Source: Monocercomonoides exilis PA203 (taxonomy: Eukaryota > Protista > Preaxostyla). Taken from it: a DNA stretch of 64,000 nt. Made by a program: the position numbers and the translations under genes. Below, in pieces: positions 63,051 to 64,000 of the stretch (the stretch's first letter is position 1; the number at the start of each line of letters is the position of its first letter). The stretch lies in NCBI GenBank assembly GCA_001643675.2, contig LSRY02000017.1, positions 1,364,001 to 1,428,000 of the forward strand. Reading direction: 5' to 3'. The notes beneath the pieces are model-generated. The model worked only from the letters and a program-made list of their open reading frames with translations. It searched no databases and was not told where the DNA came from.

Positions 63051-64000
63051 TTAATCTACCCATTTCTCTCTGTCAATGGTACTTGACGAATATGAACATC
63101 TGTGCATGTGATCTTCATCATAAAATCCTCTGAAAATTAAATGTCATCATATATATATGCATTTTCAAAAAAATCATTAAAACATATTATTATATAAACT
63201 TCAAAATAAAAATAGAAATAGCTATCAATCTTATAATTCTTTATATACATCTTCTCATTCAATAATTTAAATTCTTCAATTTCACAACTCAACCTCGATC
63301 GCAAAAAGAAATAAATGAAAATATTCATTTTACAAACTTGCAGCAATACATCTTTGACACTTTGTCATAATGCAAATGACCCCCAAAGCATACAGGACAT
63401 CTTGCCGGAGGTCCGTTGACCATTGCATCAGCAACCCTACATCAAGAAATACAAATGATATTGAATAATTCAACGTTCAACAGATTAATAAAAATTTTTT
63501 AAAAATTTCGAAGTATTTTTGATTATAAGGAAACATATTTAACACAATTTGTAAACCTTTCAATGATATCTTGCTTTGTTCCAGTCCGAGTAAGATCGTT
63601 TTTCCTTAAAAAAAGATTTATTGAAAAAGTTTCTACATTTTTAAAAATTTATTTTCACACTTGCACATTTCTTTAAGTTCATCAAGTGATTTTGATGCGA
63701 GCTCTTTCATTTTTTTTGTGATTTCTGCTTGATGTCGATTATCTGCAGATTTGGTTTTCTTTGTTGTTGCAGCTGAGGGTGTTTTGGCTTTTTTGGCTTT
63801 TGGTGCTTTTTTGACAACAACTTTCTTTTCTTTCTTTTCAACCTTCTTTTTGGGCTTGTCCTTTTTTGTTGTCTTGACTGTCACCTTTTTTGTTGTAACC
63901 TTCTTTGTAATTTTCGTTTTTTTCTCTATGCACAAAAATTTCAGAAATAATAAGAAAAATATTTTAAAAAAAATTTATTTTCTAACCTTTAACTTTCTTT
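63051..64000 (-). CDS. Lys-rich protein ending in a stand-alone PADR1 (PARP1 third zinc-binding) domain; 5' end lies outside the window
   Basis: Splicing introns 63986-63926, 63660-63605, 63556-63437 and 63337-63130 gives LDELKEMCKKNDLTRTGTKQDIIERVADAMVNGPPARCPVCFGGHLHYDKVSKMYCCKGFYDEDHMHRCSYSSSTIDREKWVD*, similar to PARP1 [20 protein letters not shown].GQL...YYCTG...C. Confidence 0.82.

Noticed and set aside
1-64000. Non-standard genetic code (TAA/TAG read as Gln, as in some oxymonads)
   Set aside because: Conserved genes end at the expected place with TAA (U2A', VPS25, UBC13, DNAI1), and long ORFs are open under the standard code.
1-64000. CRISPR arrays, rRNA or tRNA genes
   Set aside because: No repeat-spacer array or recognisable structural RNA was seen; the sequence is an intron-containing eukaryotic nuclear locus.

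Overview
AT-rich eukaryotic genomic DNA from a flagellated protist, with short GT-AG introns (mostly 50-130 nt) and the standard genetic code. Two lineage-expanded families point to an oxymonad, most likely Monocercomonoides exilis (inference). The first ~37.5 kb is a gene-dense housekeeping block: pICln, a lineage-family protein, a TOM1/GPR137-like multi-TM protein, CFAP57, XPG/Rad2, a ~3,000-aa INTS3, DNAI1, U2A', VPS25 and an ARM-like protein. From 37.5 kb on it is accessory-like: a decayed pogo-type DDE_1 transposase, a 2,605-aa beta-helix surface receptor-pseudokinase, a Cys-rich membrane protein, UBC13 and a stand-alone PADR1 protein. The best signal is a DNA-transposon system the ORF track does not show. 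Three elements share GGGT(A/C)ATTATTTTT...CCC ends and 4-bp ANNT target duplications: two ~255-bp MITEs and a 5,037-bp Pack-type element (54600-59636). The large one has apparently identical 452-bp TIRs, carries decayed surface-protein gene pieces instead of a transposase, and is nested inside a TA-flanked foldback MITE. Two more foldback elements follow. All gene models were spliced and translated by hand; no searches were run.
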